Below are positions 62,436 through 64,000 of a stretch of 64,000 nucleotides of DNA, one piece after another. This stretch comes from Amoebophrya sp. A120. Its lineage: Eukaryota; Protista; Dinoflagellata. The DNA is taken from contig CAJINV010000003.1 in NCBI GenBank assembly GCA_905178155.1, positions 3,715,600 to 3,779,599 on the forward strand. The letters run 5' to 3'. Each line of letters begins with the position of its first letter. Position 1 is the first letter of the stretch. The position numbers were made by a program, and so were the translations under genes. The notes under the pieces were generated by a model. The model was not told the origin of the DNA, searched no databases, and worked only from the letters and a program-made list of their open reading frames with translations.

Positions 62436-64000
62436 ATGTCAACTATTCCGGGAGACGGACGGCAGCATCAGCATGATCTTGCAGGCGACCCTCCAACTCA
62501 CATCTCTGCTTTCAGCCTGGTTGTGCTGTTCGCGCTGTGGGTGTTTGCGCACGCATGGGGTTGCTTATTCCGTTACGTGATGAAGACACCCCCACTGCTG
62601 GGCTACCTCCTGGGGGGTATTTGTTTCCGCAACGTGGGCGGTGCCGCACTGCATTTCGCACAGGCGAAGGTGAGGCAGTCACTAATACATGACAACAGCA
62701 GGACAACGACCAAACCTGGCGGCCCCCCAGCGGCCGGAGATGCGGAACAAGCGAGCCAAAACCTCACTTTGATTCCCGCAGATATTTCGTCCCTCGTGCG
62801 CACGCTCGGGCTCGCCACTATTCTCATGATTGCGGGATGCGAGATCGACTACCAGAAAATCCGGCGGATGGGCGGCATGTGTCTGCGGCTGACCGTGCTT
62901 CCCGGCGTGAGCGAGGCCTTTGCCGTGGCTCTCGTATCCATGTATGTGTTTGGGTTTTCCCTCGCCTGGGGCCTCGTGCTGGGCTTTATCCTGGGCGCCG
63001 TGTCCCCTGCCGTGGTGTGCGGCGGTATGTTTGCGCTGCAAAAGCGCGGGTACGGTGTCGCGAAGGCGATTCCCTCTCTGGTCGTGTGCGCCGTATCAAA
63101 TGCAAAAATTTCTGGGTCTGGAAGATTGCGAGATTTGTTATGCTGATCTGGCATGGCTCTTGAATCTGTATTGCGTGGCCACAAACAACCTCTCTCGCCT
63201 GTCATGCAAAAACGCAGTTTCTCATGCGGAATACGCAGCACCGAAGCACGAAGCAACTTGTCATGCTTGGCGGCGCATTACAGTGCATTTGTATATTGAC
63301 TGACTTGCATCACAAGTTTCCAGACCCAGACATTTTTGCATTTCATACGCCGCGAGCTTGGACGACGTGGTTGCCATTTATCAAATGCAAAAATGTCTGG
63401 GTCTGCAAGAATGCAACTTGTGATGCTGCATTTGGATGTCTAAAAGATTTGTGTTGCATGAGCAGCAAAAGGAGTCTCACTTTTGCTACGCGGACAGGGC
63501 ATTTGTCATGCGGAATAGGCATCAAGAATCCCTGAAAAAACCTGTGATGCTAGGGCATGCATCACAGACATCATGGCTCATGCAAACCGTGCGTGGCATG
63601 TCTCAAAGTCAAAACCCTCCAGACCCAGACATTTTTGCATTTTATACCATTTCCGGGTTCACCACCTCGCTCGGCGTCGCCATGAGTGACATCATGCCCG
63701 CGGACGAGAGAAACCTTTTGCGGACCCTGCTGGGGCTGCCGCACGTACCTGCGCATCCCAGTTCGCACTTCTACGCGATGCTGCACGGGCCAACCAATTT
63801 GCTGCTCGGCGCGGTGCTGGGCGTCACTTTAGGTGCGGCGTTCGCGAAGCTTTGCCAAACGGACGCAGCGACGGCATCTTCATCATCATCCCGAGGGGGT
63901 CATGCAACCTCTAGTTCAACTAGCTCCTTTTGGGGTAGCGGTTCTTTCTTCGGCCGCAAGCTCCTGGCTGCCCACGCGCTCGCCCGCCGAAACGAACTGC
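62436..64000 (+). CDS. Na+/H+ antiporter, SLC9B/NHA-type (partial, runs off the window)
   Basis: PPLLGYLLGG, RLTVLPGVSEA, LGFILGAVSPAVV and GYGVAKAIPSLV. The conserved AASLDDVVAISGF motif appears only after removing elements A7 and A8. Confidence 0.9.
63094..63347. mobile_element. Introner family A, copy A7 (254 bp)
   Basis: Family A TIRs. TSD CGCCG at 63089-63093 and 63348-63352. Confidence 0.95.
63379..63646. mobile_element. Introner family A, copy A8 (268 bp)
   Basis: Family A TIRs. TSD CCATT at 63374-63378 and 63647-63651. Confidence 0.95.

Noticed and set aside
500-63646. Tc1/mariner-type TA target duplication or Paramecium-type TA-bounded IES
   Set aside because: The TA belongs to the inverted repeat and a separate 5-bp duplication lies outside it. 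The frame is restored by removing element+5 bp, not by leaving one TA. DNA-level excision by another route is not excluded.
30-63786. Recurrent peptides SNAKMSGSG, FQTQTFLHLI, PDPDIF, EGEGELCT and IWGGGIF in many short ORFs, read as a protein family
   Set aside because: They are translations of the element TIRs in different frames, not genes.
25210-64000. Calling the interrupted genes pseudogenes
   Set aside because: The exons I traced show no stops or frameshifts once the elements are removed, and conserved motifs are intact. Expression data are still needed to confirm this.

Overview
Eukaryotic, alveolate-type genomic DNA. The taxon is inferred from the architecture only; it best fits a parasitic dinoflagellate such as Amoebophrya (Syndiniales). 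About 15 protein-coding genes are present: a NEO1/ATP9-type P4-ATPase, a HAD/Swiss-army-knife domain protein, a choline transporter-like protein, a ubiquitin-like domain protein, a GRIP golgin, an RBM25-like RRM+PWI protein, a CCCH/low-complexity protein, a divergent cyclin-box protein, LSm4, an SLC9B-type Na+/H+ antiporter and several hypotheticals. All genes left of ~46.6 kb are on the minus strand and all genes right of ~50 kb are on the plus strand, with a GC-rich/AT-rich/GC-rich block at the single divergent switch. The main feature is a set of 19 short MITE-like elements in 7 families (150-352 bp; one is 907 bp because of a nested insert). Each of the 18 complete copies begins and ends with TA and has terminal inverted repeats. 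Most are flanked by a 5-bp target-site duplication (TSD), and all lie inside coding sequence. Removing the element plus one TSD copy restores the reading frame, so they behave as introner-type introns, yet most cannot give GT-AG ends. They occur in both orientations, share an internal TTGTNATGC motif across families, and often sit in pairs 31-67 bp apart. A 3.2-kb higher-order satellite with hairpin units lies at 4.4-7.6 kb. Splicing is inferred from frame restoration, not from transcripts. No transposase was recognised.
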